A DNA stretch of 64,000 nucleotides, from positions 1,186,848 to 1,250,847 of the forward strand of contig RHPI01002438.1 in assembly GCA_009103225.1 (NCBI GenBank). The letters are read 5' to 3'. Source of the stretch: Chlorokybus atmophyticus. Its lineage: Eukaryota; Plantae; Mesostigma and Chlorokybus algae. Of this stretch, positions 1 through 13,000 are shown piece after piece (the stretch's first letter is position 1; the number at the start of each line of letters is the position of its first letter). The notes under the pieces were generated by a model. The model saw only the letters and a list, made by a program, of their open reading frames with translations. It did no database searches and was not told the origin of the DNA. The translations under genes were made by a program, and so were the position numbers.

Positions 1-450
1 GGCTTAGCTCGAACTGCATCGAGCTCCAACGGCTCTATTGCTTGAACTCACAACTAGTCGCTGCTCTAGGACTGCACAATTGTAAGTAGATGCAGCTGTA
101 CTATAAGTAGCAAACTTAGTGCCATTGTTACTTAGCAAAACTGTGAGTATGAAGCAAGGACTGAGCAACGCCCCAACCTCTGCAATACAAGGACTACACG
201 TGAGCTTGGTGTGTTTGTGACTGTTGTGTGTTGTGTATGGATGCGGAGCACACACATACACATTGCATTTGCCGCACACACTAGCTGCGCGTGCTTGCAT
301 TGTGCATACATACGCATCAATCAGGATCTGCTATCACTCTTGATAGTAGCACTCGTAGCTCTTACTTAACATGGACACACACACACACGCACACATACGC
401 GTGCATCTTGCTATCGTGGGAAGGCCCTGTGAGCAACGCACCTACGTAGG
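1..450 (+). repeat. E1 repeat A1 (partial)
   Basis: Near-identical to about 3680-4132; followed by TGGCTTGTTGACTTACAG at 451-468. Confidence 0.9.
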
Positions 451-544
451 TGGCTTGTTGACTTACAGCCTTGCTCCCTTCTACATTAATAGTAGATCAC
501 TCTTGCACGCATAGTGCACCTCACATCTCACCGCACTTGCACGA

Positions 545-2266
545 GTGCGTACGAGTAGGGTTGGCATCATCATCCTGGAGAGAGCAGCAGCAGGGACAAG
601 CTGGGAGAACGACGAGTACCTTCGCACTACACCTGCAGCTCCAGTCAAGGACGGTCGCAGCAGCTTCTGTAGCTGGGAAGACAACGAGCGCCTCTATACT
701 ACACCTGCACCCCCTGCCCAAGAGACGGTTGTCGCCTTCCCCAGCTTGTCGTCAACACTGTGCAACACATCCACCTCACACCTCCACCCGTCTCGCGTCT
801 CCCTCGACATGGCTATTGCCCTTACTGCGCCACCACCTCTTTCCTTCTCTGGTCGCCCCAACACGCTGCCTCTGGACGAGTTTGTCATCAAGTTGGATTC
901 CGAGCTGCTCCTACACAAAGAACGCAGCCGTTGGTGGTCGGAGGAGTTGTCCTTCAAGATGGCAGTCATGTACCTCGACGAGGAAGCACACCATGTGTGG
1001 CGCTCAGTCGCGGCTCGCTACGGCATTGGCGGATACTGCACTCTACACTCCGAGGCAGCCTCCACGACACCGCCATTGTCCACGCTCAGCCCGGCAACTC
1101 CTGCACCAGCCTCTCGGCACACCAACACCGCCGCTGGCTCACTTGTGGGCGCACCAATCATCAACATTTCGGTGCAACACACTGAGTTTCCCATGAGAGA
1201 CCTCTACACGGCCTTGCGTCGCACCTTTCCTCCATCCACTTGAGAGAAGGTAGCTGACCTTTGCCACTTTCAACGTCGAGACGATAAAGACGCGTTGCGG
1301 ATGTATCATCGGCTGATGTCTCTCCTCAAGGACACGGACTACCGCATCCTAAGCGACGAAGCCGCGGCCGTCATCTACGTGTCTCATAGGCCGAGCTGTC
1401 CAACATGGTGGACACTGCTCTCAGCAACACCCGACCACAAGGCTTCTCCTTACGCCAAGCCTTCGAAGTGACCTTGCACCTGCATCAGCGCCAAGTGTGG
1501 AGAAGCGCCATGCTTGAGATGCATCAGAGCCCTCGCCGAGCTGATCTCAACACCAACTCCTTCCCTCACGAGGACACTGACGCAGCAGCTGCGTCGTCAC
1601 CGAGTTCTTCGCCATGGGCTGCTCACGCAGCATGAGGACATGCTCCGCACGTGTCTTCGGTGTGGCCTTGAAGACCACACAGCCAGGGAGTGCACCGAGA
1701 GGTGGGCTGCTCTATGCTGCGCCTACTGCGGCAAGAACGGCCATCTCGAGTCAGTGTGCTTCTCTCAGCGTCCTCATCTCCGCCAGCGACAACATGGTGG
1801 TGCTCTTGCGCCTGTGTGGACGAGGATGACCGCTACAGCGACAATGGCGAGCATGACGAGGATGACTCCTCCAGCAACGCTGATGACCATGAAGAGGACA
1901 ACCCCTACAGCGACGCTGATGACCGTCAAGGATGGCCCCTATGACGACGACGTCGTTGACGATGATGACGAAGAGTTGTCACCCGCGCCCGTGTCTGCTG
2001 GCACCCCACGCGCAGCAACCGTAGCGCTCCAATGTGCTCGCGTGCTAGCCTCCCATGTTGATGATGACATCTTCGACGCCATCGCCGTGCTCACCGCCAA
2101 GGTAGCACAGCTGGAAGCACTTGTGGATGCACGTCGCCACTCGTATCGTGCATGCTACACCGCCACACGCCAGTGCAGCTATGGGACCACGATTCCACGC
2201 ACTTTCGAGGACAATGGTCGAGACACCACGCGCACCAACACTCACACGCCATCACCGTCGTCGTGA
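545..2266 (+). pseudogene. gag: E1 Gag (capsid plus two CCHC zinc knuckles), disrupted
   Basis: FSGRPNTLPLDEFVIK...LRRTFPP aligns with the gags of E3 and M; knuckles CLRCGLEDHTAREC and CAYCGKNGHLESVC; stop codon at 1241-1243 and frameshifts. Confidence 0.85.
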
Positions 2267-2584
2267 AGTGGACAGTTGCAGCAACAGCTGCAGGGCTGCA
2301 TCACACGCAGCCTCGGCAACGACATCATCGCCGACACTGTCACCACGCACTTCCGAAGCACCAGCACCGTCACCAACTCTGTCCTTGCAGCCCGTCAACT
2401 CTGTCGGCGCTGTCCTCCCTTGCAGCCAGCCACTTGCTACACGCATCCACCACATCGGCGCCGTCTACGGCCGCGCCAAGCACCACGACGCAGCTACAGC
2501 TGCATCGTCACGACGACAACGCCGACACGCGCGTTGTTTCATCCTCCACAACGCTGCCAGCTCCAGAAGCACCGTCCCGTCGCC

Positions 2585-3090
2585 ACCGCTGACCGTGCGC
2601 ATCCACGCGCACCAGCCTGGTGACCTCCTTGCTGATCATGCACATACACACGCATACCAGCCCCACAACGCTGCAGGCTTCACTTGCACCGTCCTCTCCG
2701 CTGCTGTGCACACACACGCACCAGCTCCTTGGCCTCGACGCTGACCGTACGCATCCACGCGCACCAGCTCCGGCCTCCTCGCTGACGTGCGCATCCACGC
2801 GCACCAGCCCTTCAAGCCATCACAGGCACACACACCTGTACCGGCCTCGCTGACGTGCGCAACCACGCGCACCAGCACTTCATCGCCGCAGGCACACACA
2901 CCTGCGCCGGCCTCCTCGCTGCCGCATCCACGCGCGCCAGCTCTGCCCTTGCTGCAGGCACACACATGCAATGGCGTCCTTAATCCCATGCGCATCCGCG
3001 CGCATCAGCTCCTCGGCGCTGCAAGTACACACCCCTGCACCGACCTCGTCGCTGTGCATCCACGCACACCAGCTTCTTCGGCGCGGCAGG
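2585..3090 (+). repeat. Degenerate tandem/interspersed repeats in the E1 internal region
   Basis: Recurrent GCTGAC(C)GTGCGCATCCACGCGCACCAGC and CAGGCACACACACCTG units. Confidence 0.75.
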
Positions 3091-3268
3091 CTCAACATCT
3101 GCATTGCCCTCTCCGTCTTCCGCGTCGCCGCAGTGGAAGCCATCACACCGACAACATCTGTCTGGGGGGTGACGTCCTCACCTCCGCTGCTCCGCGCATT
3201 CCCTTCGCTCCCGCGCATACACATGTGTTGAGCTTGTGCCAGAGGATCTAGCTACTATTCAAGGGGGG

Positions 3269-3433
3269 TGGCTTGCTGCCTACATAGCTTCCTCTACACT
3301 TAGATATGCTGGGTGGGAGCTCTTCTCAGCTGCACGGATGTGTACAACAGCCCACGAGGCTGGCCTCTTTCCCCATCATGGCAATAGGGTTGGGAGCGAC
3401 CTGGAGGGGCACACGACCCTGCCAGGCCCAACA
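3269..3433 (+). repeat. E1 repeat B1
   Basis: Starts TGGCTTGCTGCC right after AAGGGGGG; ends CCCAACA; copy at 4133-4298. Confidence 0.9.
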
Positions 3434-3435
3434 GC

Positions 3436-4132
3436 TGTCATGCCAGCGGTCCAGGGGGGGTCAACTTCCTCGTCATGCCTACAGCCAGACATCGACCCGC
3501 GCTGTCATGCTATTCGTCAACATCCGCAAAGTCTCATCGACCATGCCTATAGCCAGGCATCCGCGCCTGCTATTTGCATGAGGACGACGCGCCGCACGTC
3601 GTACGACTGCCACGGCGGTTGTGAGTCGTGAGTCCCATCATAGGTACCGTCGTAGGTACCATCGTAGCTGTTCCGTTCTGGCTCAGCTCGATCTGCATCG
3701 AGTTCCAACGGCTCTATCGCTTGAACTCACAACTAGTCGCTGCTCTAGGACTGCACAATTGTAAGTAGATGCGGCTGTACTATAAGTAGCAGACTTAGCC
3801 CCATTGTTACTTAGCAAGACTGTGAGTACGAAGCAAGGACTGAGCAACGCCCCAACCTCTGCAATACAAGGACTACACGTGAGCTTGGTGTGTTTGTGAT
3901 TGTTGTGTGTTGTGTATGGATGCGGAGCACACACATACACATTGCATTTGCCGCACACACTAGCTGCGCGTGCTTGCATTGTTGTGCATACACACGCATC
4001 AGTCATGGTCTGCTATCACTCTTGATAGTAGCACTCATAGCTCTTACTGAACAGGGACACATACACACACGCACACACACGCGTGCATCTTGCTATCGTG
4101 GGAAGGCCCTGTGAGCAACGCACCTGCGTAGG
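3436..4132 (+). repeat. E1 repeat A2
   Basis: Starts TGTCATGCC after a 2-bp GC spacer; its 3' part matches 1-450. Confidence 0.9.
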
Positions 4133-4298
4133 TGGCTTGCTGCCTACATAACCCCTCTACACTTAGTTATGGTAGGTGGGAGCTCTTCTCAGCTGCACAC
4201 GGATGTCTACAACAGCCCACGAGGCTGGCCTCTTTCCTCATCATGGCAATGCGGTTGGGAGCGATCTGGAGGGGCACACGACCCTGCTAGGCCCGACA
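4133..4298 (+). repeat. E1 repeat B2 (right terminus)
   Basis: Copy of 3269-3433 ending GGCCCGACA, abutting pol sequence of element M. Confidence 0.9.
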
Positions 4299-5073
4299 TG
4301 CCTGACGCGGTCACGCGCGCTTAGTCCTGCCACCTGTTGTCCATGTTGTAGGTAGACCATGGAGTGCTTGTCCAACCAGATGTCTTGACCTAGGTCTGCA
4401 GCCGGGAGTTGGGCATCATCTGGCGTGGTCTGTTTAGCTGGGTCGGTGTCGACGGGAGTGAGCGCTGGCATCTCCTCTGTTGCCGGCGTTGTCGGAGCCG
4501 CTCCTGTGATGGTGTCCCGTCCCGAGCGCAATGCAGCTACGGCAAACATGGTGACCTCTTGTGGTGGTGGTGCCACTGGACTTAGCTCATGTCGGGCACC
4601 GGTGGCGTCGTTAGTGGAAAGGTGGGGGTTGCGACTGAGGCCGTCTGCGTCCTGGTTGACCAGGCCCGCCCGGTGGGTGATCTCAAAGTCGTATTCCTGT
4701 AGCAGCAGGGCCCACCTGGCCAACTTGCCCGTAAGGTGCTGGTTGGTCATGAGCCAGCGCAGTGGTTGGTGGTTGGTGATCAGTAAGAACTGTCTTCCGA
4801 ATAGAAAGGGTCTGAAGAAGGAAATGGCCCAAACTGCAGCAAGGCATTCACCTTCGTAAATGCTGTAGTTGGCCTCAGCGCTGTTGTTAATACGGCTGGC
4901 GTAGGACACCACCCGTTCCCTTTTATTGTCGTCGAGCTGAACCAATACCGCACCCATGCCGAGCTTGCTCAAGTCGGTGTGAAGAACAAAGGGTTTGGTG
5001 TAGTCTGGTCGCTGCAAAATGGGGGCTGAGGTGAGCCTCTGCTTCAGCTCTTCGAAAGCCCGTTGCTGGGCCT
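4299..5073 (-). pseudogene. pol: M pol: RT connection and RNase H fragment
   Basis: QQRAFEELKQRLTSAPILQRPDYTKPFVLHTD...YEGECLAAVWAISFFRPFL...ADGLSR. Confidence 0.92.
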
Positions 5074-5911
5074 TGTCATGCGCGAGCATGTAGTGTCATG
5101 TGCATGGTGCCCTCGGGGCTGGCGGCATGGATGGACATTGGGATTTCGGCTCTCGTAGCCATTTTACAGGGTTTATGTGTTGGGTTTTGGTTGGGAACTC
5201 ATGTTTGGGTCCTCATGGACGTGAGGGAGGTGTGTTCGAGGCATATCTACAGATACCGAGCTGACAGCATATTTGAGTCATTATAGTATCCCGCGCAGCT
5301 GTTTTGGAGTTGTGACTTTGAGAAGCCATAACTTACAGTTGGAGTGGCGGTTTGGCCGTGGGTTGGCGTCAAAAGATGCGTCTTAAAGTGTACTTGAAGA
5401 GGATAGGCTTGGATAAGCCTTTCCTAACCGTCTACCGTTACTTATCAACGCCATCATGACTGTTACTATGCTGGTTCAGACTGACAGTTAGGGTAGTTGG
5501 AGAGTTGGTTGGGCTTGGGCTCAACGGTGGTATATAAGGCTTTGCTAGCTTGTTTCCTAGTTTGGTTGGATGCAAGTTGGCCTACTGGAGTGCAAGCAAC
5601 ACCTTTGGGAAGAGGTTCTTGGCTGAGCGGATGCTTGTGCACATGCTTGCATGTATGGTGTGTGTGCACGTGTTCGTTGCTGTGCATGAAGGGGTGTGTG
5701 TCACTGTTGCGACTTTGATGCACCGTATGGGCTGCCTTAGCATGTACATTGAGTGAGGATTGAGTTGGACTGCTCTACACGAGTGAACGGCTGATTGCAA
5801 GTCAAGTTGTGGTCATCTTGCCTACCTTTTGCAAGGGGACACGCATCTTTCCCTTGCATCCAACCCATCAGCTGAGTTTGCTCGAGGTAGAAGCAAGTTG
5901 CAGGCGAGTTC

Positions 5912-7572
5912 ATGCCCACCAGATCTGGAGAGGACTGGCAGTCACGCCCACCCAATCCGCCCTCGAAGAGAGGAGCGAAAGGAAGGATCACTCCGGTGGA
6001 GGAGGGCCTTGCCGAAGAGGTAGAGTTGTCGAGTGACGAAGAGTCCGACATCGAGGACGTGGGTGGAGAGATGCATGAGATTCAGCTGCAAGCATGGATA
6101 GCACACCGAAGTTCAGTGGGAGGCCTGGCACGGCGGACCTACGGGACTTCATGGACCGCTTCGACTTCGAGATGGTTAAATGGGAGTACCGGGACAAGTC
6201 GGGGTGGGACGAGCACAAAGCCTTCAAGATGTTGCCTCTATACCAAGGATGAAGCTCTTGGCACGTGGAGAGAGTTCAAGGAGCAGCTGGAGGTGAGGGA
6301 GAGGGCGTTGCGGCTCGGCGCACCGGCTGCGTTTGAAGCGGAGTGGAAGAAGGAGCAGCCCGTGACTGAGTTCAAGGCGCTCTTGAGGAAGACCTACCCA
6401 CAATCAACACCGCCAAGGTTTGTGAGCTGAGTTTCTTCAAGCGCAACGTCCGGGAGACGGCGAGGATGATGTATACGCGCATGCTCAAGCTCTTGACGGA
6501 CACGGACCACAAGGTGATGACGGATCAGACCGCGGCGGTTGTGTACCTTCAACTAGAGGCGGACTTGAGGCTGAAGGTGCAGACCATGTTGACCACTCAG
6601 TCCGAGTTCGGCACATACACGCTTGCGGATGTCTTCAAGGTGGCCGAGACGGCAGAAATTCAGCATGAGTACCTCAAGAACATTGACCGGCAGCGTCGAG
6701 GGTTGAAGTTGCTTGAGGTTTCAGAGGAGAAGAGCTTCCAAGCCCGCGGCGACATCGGCGGCAAGCAAGGCAACTGGTGGGAAGCCGAAGGAGTTCAAGC
6801 ACGCCAACAACGCGGTTGTGGAAGGTGTGTCGGATGCGAAATGCTGGTCGTGTGGCGAGGAAGGCCACATTGCAAGGGATTGTGGGAAAGGCAAAAAGGT
6901 GGTGTGCTCTCATTGCAAGAAGGGCGGGCATGTCGATGCCAAGTGTTGGAGTAAGCATCCGGAGCTGCGCCCACAACAAGGAGGAGCAGTTGGAGCTCAC
7001 TCGAGTGTGAGAGTGGAGCCATCAATGTCGGAGGTGACAAAGGCATTGGCAGCAATGCAATTGGAGTATGCATCGTTGAAGAGCATGCTCGAGCGAGGAA
7101 AATGGCCCGAGAGAGGAGCGGAGGATAAGCCAAGCAGCTCTGGAGGGTACCTCGCATATAGTGGAACGAAGGCACTAAGGTGGCAGCGGTTGCGACGACG
7201 AGAGCGTCAGCACGCCAAAACGCTGCACCAGCTCCCCCGATTAGGATGGTTGAGGAAGAAGCCGCGCCCGTCCGCGAGGAGGGCGTGGATCATGATAGGA
7301 TGCAGGCACCAGCTGCACGCATGCCTATGTCATTCAAGTTGCTGCCAACAACCCCGTTGGAGCAAGAGAGTTCGCGCTCGGAGGGTGCGAAAGTGCAGCC
7401 GACCACTACGGCAACGGCGCAACATGATGTCGGCGTCCGTGGCTGTGGTGAGCACAAGAGAGTGGAGGAGCTGCTACAAATGTGTGTAAAGCTTCTTGAG
7501 GGTGCCAAGATGCTTTCCCAACAGCCCGCAACTCAAGCCAATGAAGAAAACTTGGGGTTGACGGCGCCGTAA
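5912..7572 (+). pseudogene. gag: E2 Gag with two CCHC zinc knuckles, frameshifted
   Basis: Capsid-like segment (LLRKTYP...MMYTRMLKLLTDTD); knuckles CWSCGEEGHIARDC and CSHCKKGGHVDAKC. Confidence 0.82.
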
Positions 7573-7614
7573 GAGAGCGTTGCGGCGGAGCTAGTCGGGC
7601 AGCCGCTTGTTCAC

Positions 7615-9597
7615 TTGAAGGACCTTGGAGTCAGCAAGGAACACGTGGTGGAGCTGTTGCAAAGTGCTCTAGACACTACAAGGACTGCCTCCACAAAGTC
7701 TCATGATCATGTGAGCAAGTCTCATGAAGATATGGTGGCGCAAACAGGCCATATGGCTGCGCGCACGGAGCTGGCGGCGTCGGAGGGGTCGGCGTCGGCG
7801 TCGAGCTCTCTCACTCAGCTTGGAGACAAGCTAGAGGAAGGTGTGGGGAGTGTAGGAGGGATGTTGGCACAGCTTCCCGCCACTCGGCCGGCCTTGAGGG
7901 AAAAGGTATCGCCAAATGTGGCGATGGTGGACAACCAAGGGGGGCACATCAGCCTAGATGGCTTCGTGCCGGATGTTGTCTTGGTGGATACGGGTGCCCA
8001 ACCTGTCATTTTGGGTGCTAGAGCTGTCAAAGGGATGGGACTCAGCCCCAAGGAGTGGGAGCCATGCCCGGTCATGATCAATACCTCGGCGGGAACCGTA
8101 GAGGCCGTGTGCGGCATAACGGTGCAGCCGGTGGACATATGCTTGACTGCGTTGGGAGGTGCTACCGCGACCTTCAAGGTTCGATGCCTCATCACGGATG
8201 CAAAGGGGTATGATGTGGTGCTCGGACAAGACTTCTTGTTCCCCGTCGGCGGCGGCGCTGACAATTCGATCGAACAAGGGTCCTTTCGGCCGCATTGGCG
8301 TGTGGGAGGAGGTGAGAAGGCCTACTTTCCGCTGAGCATCACGCAAGGGGGTGTTGAGAGGTCTCCAACATCCGCATCTGCTGTTTGGGCGTGCTTGAGT
8401 CGCTGTTCAGTCAAGGGATGGCTTGGTGACAGCACCGACATGTACTATGACCATGTGGAGGAGGGGGAGAGTGTCTCCACGCACATAGAGGAGGGGAGAC
8501 CTCCGGAGCTGGTCTATATGGCTCAAACTCAGTCGCAAGAGCTGGAAATGGCTGCACAACACCGTGCTCAGCGGCAACAAGAGGCTCAAGACAAGGTTAG
8601 CCAAGCATGGATGAAGGATGTGATGGCATTGGAGCCGCCGTTGCTGCCCGAGGGTGTGAGAGCTGTTCATCCGCCTATCAACTACAACACCATCGAGTGG
8701 AAGGTGCCCGAAAATGGTGTCGTGATGGTGGAGCTGTTTGATGGCATTGCAAGTGGGCTTGCGGCCGCGTTGAATGCTGGCATCAAGGTGCGGCGCTACA
8801 TCTATGTGGACCCTTCGCCAATGGCACAACAAGGTGCACAACATCATGTGAGGATTTTGTTGAAGAAGTATCCAGATCTGCTACATGAGGGTGCGGTGAA
8901 GGGCTTTCAAAGCACATGGCCGCAAGACATTTGCTTGGTGGGGCCACATCATCTCGCGGCAATCGGCCATGTGGATTTGCTTGTAGCGGGGTGGGAATGC
9001 CAAGGGCATTCACGGGCTGGTCATGGCAAGGGATTGATGGATACGCGCTCGTCATTGTTTTGGGAGTTGGTGCGCGTCATCAACATGATTCAGCAAGGCC
9101 AAGAGCAGCCCATGGCGTACATCATTGAGAACGTACCAGCTGAAGACGACAAGCGCAAGCGCAAGCGAGAGGACTATCAGCTGGTGAGACATGTGCTAGG
9201 TCATGAGCTGGTCATGGATGCCGCACGGCATGGTTCGCGCGCGCATCCGCTGCGTGTGAAGTGGACAAACCTCGCGCCGGTTGAGTTGCTTCGCACGGTG
9301 CAGCAAGAGTACTCTAGACCGCAAGGTTTGACAGTCAAGCAAGTGCTGGAGCATGGGCGCACAGCGCAACAGGTCAGCAAGGCTGATCGGCCGCCTCAGG
9401 AGGTGGTGAACCAGGTTGGCCACGACATGGCGGCGTTGCCGACATTGGTAACATACCCATGCTCTTATGCATTCCGCAAGGGAGGGCCAGGGCTGGTGTG
9501 GGACTCGCGAAACATCAGGTTGGAAGAGCCAACAGCTGGTGAGCGCGAGCGTGCGATGGGGTTCTTGTTCTTGGTGCAACAGCGGCGCCAGGACTGA
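7615..9597 (+). pseudogene. E2 aspartic protease plus DNMT3-like C5 cytosine methyltransferase (pol 5' part)
   Basis: Protease VLVDTGAQ; MTase motif I ELFDGIASG, IV GWECQGHS, VI ENV, IX ERERAMGF; motif X LLGQAMD continues in the next frame. Confidence 0.9.
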
Positions 9598-9614
9598 GTG
9601 AACAACAGCGCCGA

Positions 9615-11250
9615 GTGCTATTAGGACAAGCCATGGACCAGAATAGCATGGTGGGGCTTATGGTTGTCTGCATGGCGGCACAAGAGTTGGTGGCAAGCAT
9701 CATGCCGATGCGACAGCAAGCGCGTCGGGAGCCTGCGCCTCTGTCGAGGGGGCGGGAGCATGATGTACAGCATGAGGAGAGTAAGGGGGTGTCTTTTTCG
9801 CCTGTGACAGCTGCAAGTGGCAAGAAAGCGGCTGTGGATGGTGCCTTGAAGCAGGAGAAGGGCACCGACCAGACCATGGAGTGGTGTATAGGCGAGCATG
9901 TGACACCACATGAGCGTGAGTGGCTTGAGGCATTGATGGCGCGCAAGCGTGACTGCTTCGCCTACTCTACCAAAAAGTTGGGAGTCTGCAACTTCTACAC
10001 AATGGACATTGAGTTGACCTCTCCTGAGCCCATCTTTCGTCGGCAGGATCGGCTGAGCAAGGTGGAGAAGGAGTTTGTGGCAGAGAAGTGTGCGGACTTG
10101 TTGGAGGCCGGACACATCGAGGAGTCAACCTCGGACTTCGCGGCGGCGACAGTGTTGCCGTTGAAGAAGGATGCACAGGGAAACTGGACCTCAAGGAGGA
10201 TGTGTGGTGACTATAGGCCATTGAATGAGAAGACTCAGGCTGATCGGTACCCTATGCCTATCCCTGAGGCCATCTTTGATGACATCGGTGGTGCAAAGGT
10301 GTTTTCCATCGTGGACTTGAGGCAGGGTTTCAACCAAATAGCCATCAAGCCAGAGAACCGTGGCAAGACAGCGTTTTGGGGAGTGGATCAGCTCTACCAA
10401 TGGAAGGTTATGCCTTTCGGCTTGAAGAATGCACCTGTCAAGTTCCAGCGTGTGATGGACCGTGTGCTTCGTGGTCTACCCTTTGCACGGTGCTACATCG
10501 ATGACATATTGGTGTTTAGCCACACGATGGATGAGCATCTTGTACACTCGGAGCGCGTGTTTGAGCGCGTGCGCGAGAGCGGCATGAGGTGTCATCTGGA
10601 GAAGTGCTTGTTCGGAGCTGATCACATCCCTTATCTCGGCCATGAGATAGTGCCAGATGGCGTCCGTGTGCAGCAAGCAAAGGTGGATGCCTTGGTGCAA
10701 GTGCCTGCACCGACAGACATTAGCCGACTACGGGCGTTTCTCGGCTTGGCGAACTACTATTGGAGGTACGTGGAGGGGTATAGCAAGGTTGCAAAGCCCT
10801 TGAATGTGAGTTGTTGAAGAAGGACAAGGCCTGGGGGAGGGGGGTGCTGGTTGGAGGAGTGCCAACGTGCCTTTTAGCTTCTCAAGGAGAAGCTATGCAC
10901 CGCGCCGGTGTTGAGACGGGCGGACTACAACCGTCCCTTCATCCTACACACGGATTGGAGCCGGTTGGGCATTGGGGCCGTGTTGTGTCAACATGACGAC
11001 AACGGGAAGGAGTACGTGGTCGCATACGGCAGCCGAAGGAACAACAACGCTGAGGCGAACTACAGCTCCTACGAGGGGGAGTGTTTGGCAATAGTTTGGG
11101 CCATCGTTCACTTCAGACCGTTCCTCTATGGCCGTCCCTTCACACTTATCACCGACCATTAGCCCTTGAAGTGGTTGATGATCAATGACAAGCTCACAGG
11201 GAAGCATGCCAGGTGGGCGCTCATACTGCAGGAGTATGAGTTTGAGATTG
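9615..11250 (+). pseudogene. pol: E2 reverse transcriptase and RNase H
   Basis: RMCGDYRPLN, MPFGLKNAP, YIDDILV, YLGH, HTDWS, YEGECLA; stops and frameshifts present. Confidence 0.95.
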
Positions 11251-11669
11251 AACACCGAGCTGGTGTTGACAACATGGACGCGGATGGGCTGAGTAGGAAC
11301 CCAAACCCTTCATCGTTGGATGAGAGTGAGGCGAGGCATGACTATGGCATGCTCGTGGCTGGGTTTTTGGCCTACCGTGTGGCCTCTTTGCTGGTGTTGG
11401 CGGGTTCGGTGGAAGCATGCGCATCTACGCGCGCAAACGCAGCTGGAGAGAGCGACAACGATGGTGCGATGCCGCCTTTGGAGGCTGCACCAGCCCCAAC
11501 GGTCAATGACATTGAAGGGGAGGAAGCCGAGGCTTCAAAGGACATTGGGAGGGATGAGCAAATGCTTGCTCACCTCAAGACCGGGCTGTTTCAAGCTGGT
11601 TGCAGCACGGCGACGCGAGATCGCGTGTGGCAACGCGCGCAACGCTATTGGTGAGAGGGAGACCACCTT

Positions 11670-13000
11670 GTGCGCTTGATGCCGGATGGTGGTGTGAGGA
11701 TTGTGCCTCAACCACATGAGAGGAAGCCACTTGTGGAGCTGCTCCATGAGAAGATGGGCCACTTTGGTGTCAAGAGGACATTTGGGCTCGTGCAATTAGC
11801 ATATTGGTGGGCTGGCATGCAGTCTACCGTGGCAGGAGTTGTTGCAAGTTGTGTGGAGTGCAACAGGGTGAAGGCAAGCTTCAATACCAAGCACCCACAA
11901 CTGCACCCTCTGCCTATCCAAGGACTATTCTATCGGTGGAGCCTAGATCTGGCCGGAGATCCACCATTCAGCAAGAGAGGCAACCGCTATGTGCTCGTGA
12001 TGATATAGCATTTTTCAAAGTGGGTCGAGGTCGTGGCGCTGCCATCGAAGGAGAGCAAGCTTGTAGCTGAAGCTTTCCTTGACCAAGTACTGAGCAGATT
12101 CGGTGCTTGTGCTGAGGTTCTCACTGACGAAGGCACCGAGTTTCGTGGCCAGTTTGACTTGTTCGCGCAAGCCGTCATCGACCATCGAAAGACTTCCCGT
12201 GACCATCCTCAAGCCGATGGGCTTGCTGAGAGAATGGTACAGGTGGTGAAGAAGGGGCTTCGCAAGTACTGTCTCAACCACAACAAGAGAGACTGGGACT
12301 TGGCGTTGCCATGGCTGGCAATGGGCTATCGCATGACGCGGCAGGCTGCGTTGAGCTCATACAGCCCTTATTTTTGTTGTATGGGAGAGAGCCTATACTG
12401 CCAACATCAATCCGGAGACAGGCTGAACAGGAGCTTGACTTGGAGGATCCCACTGTGTGGGAGAAGGAGATGGCGAAGCGTGCGGAGCTGTTTCGGCGTG
12501 TGATGCCAATCGCACTTGACAACTTGCAAGTGGAGCAACACAGCGACACGTTGCGCTATGCCAGGGTGAGGAGTGGCTTCTACAAGCCAAGACTGCAGAA
12601 GTTTCAGCTAGGTGACTTTGTCTACCTGCAGAGAAAGACCGAGGACACGCTGGATACGAGTGCGAGTCGCACCATCCTTCGTGTGAAGAAGCTCCTCAAC
12701 AACGGTGTGTTGTTATTGGAGGGAGCTGATGCCAGGACCACCAAGGATCACATGAAGAGCTGCGCTCCTTGCCATCTGCTAAACGTGGATGACAGTGTGG
12801 ATCCGGCTCCGGCAATACCAGATGTGGGTCACCGTTGTGAACGGTGTGGCCGAGCAGAGGGCTGGGAAACCATGCTTCTATGCGACAGGTGTGTTGCCGG
12901 TTGGCACATGGAGTGCCTTCATCCACCACTTAAGGAGATCCCTGATGGAGCATGGTACTGTCCGGCGTGTACGAGAGAACTACGCGATGAGCGTGTGAGT
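11670..13000 (+). pseudogene. pol: E2 integrase (HHCC plus DDE) with C-terminal PHD finger
   Basis: HEKMGHFG...CVEC; LDLAG, TDEGTEF, DGLAER; PHD CERC...LLCDRC...HMEC...WYCPAC at 12836-12970. Confidence 0.92.

Larger units (their letters stand above)
1..4298 (+). mobile_element. E1: non-autonomous (gag-only) Gypsy-derived element with split repeats A-body-B-A-B; 5' end lies left of the window
   Basis: Repeat A at <1-450 recurs within 3436-4132; repeat B at 3269-3433 recurs at 4133-4298. G-rich PPT at 3261-3268 precedes B1, the right end is ...CCCGACA, gag remnants are internal and there is no pol. Confidence 0.85.

Noticed and set aside
5807-5822. tRNA PBS for E2 (TGGTCATCTTGCC)
   Set aside because: It starts with TGG at a plausible position, but I cannot match it to a tRNA 3' end or fix the end of the A segment.
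7815-10700. Long antisense ORFs opposite pol genes (also 15369-16313 and 42078-44681)
   Set aside because: These are shadow frames of GC-rich coding sequence with no motifs of their own.
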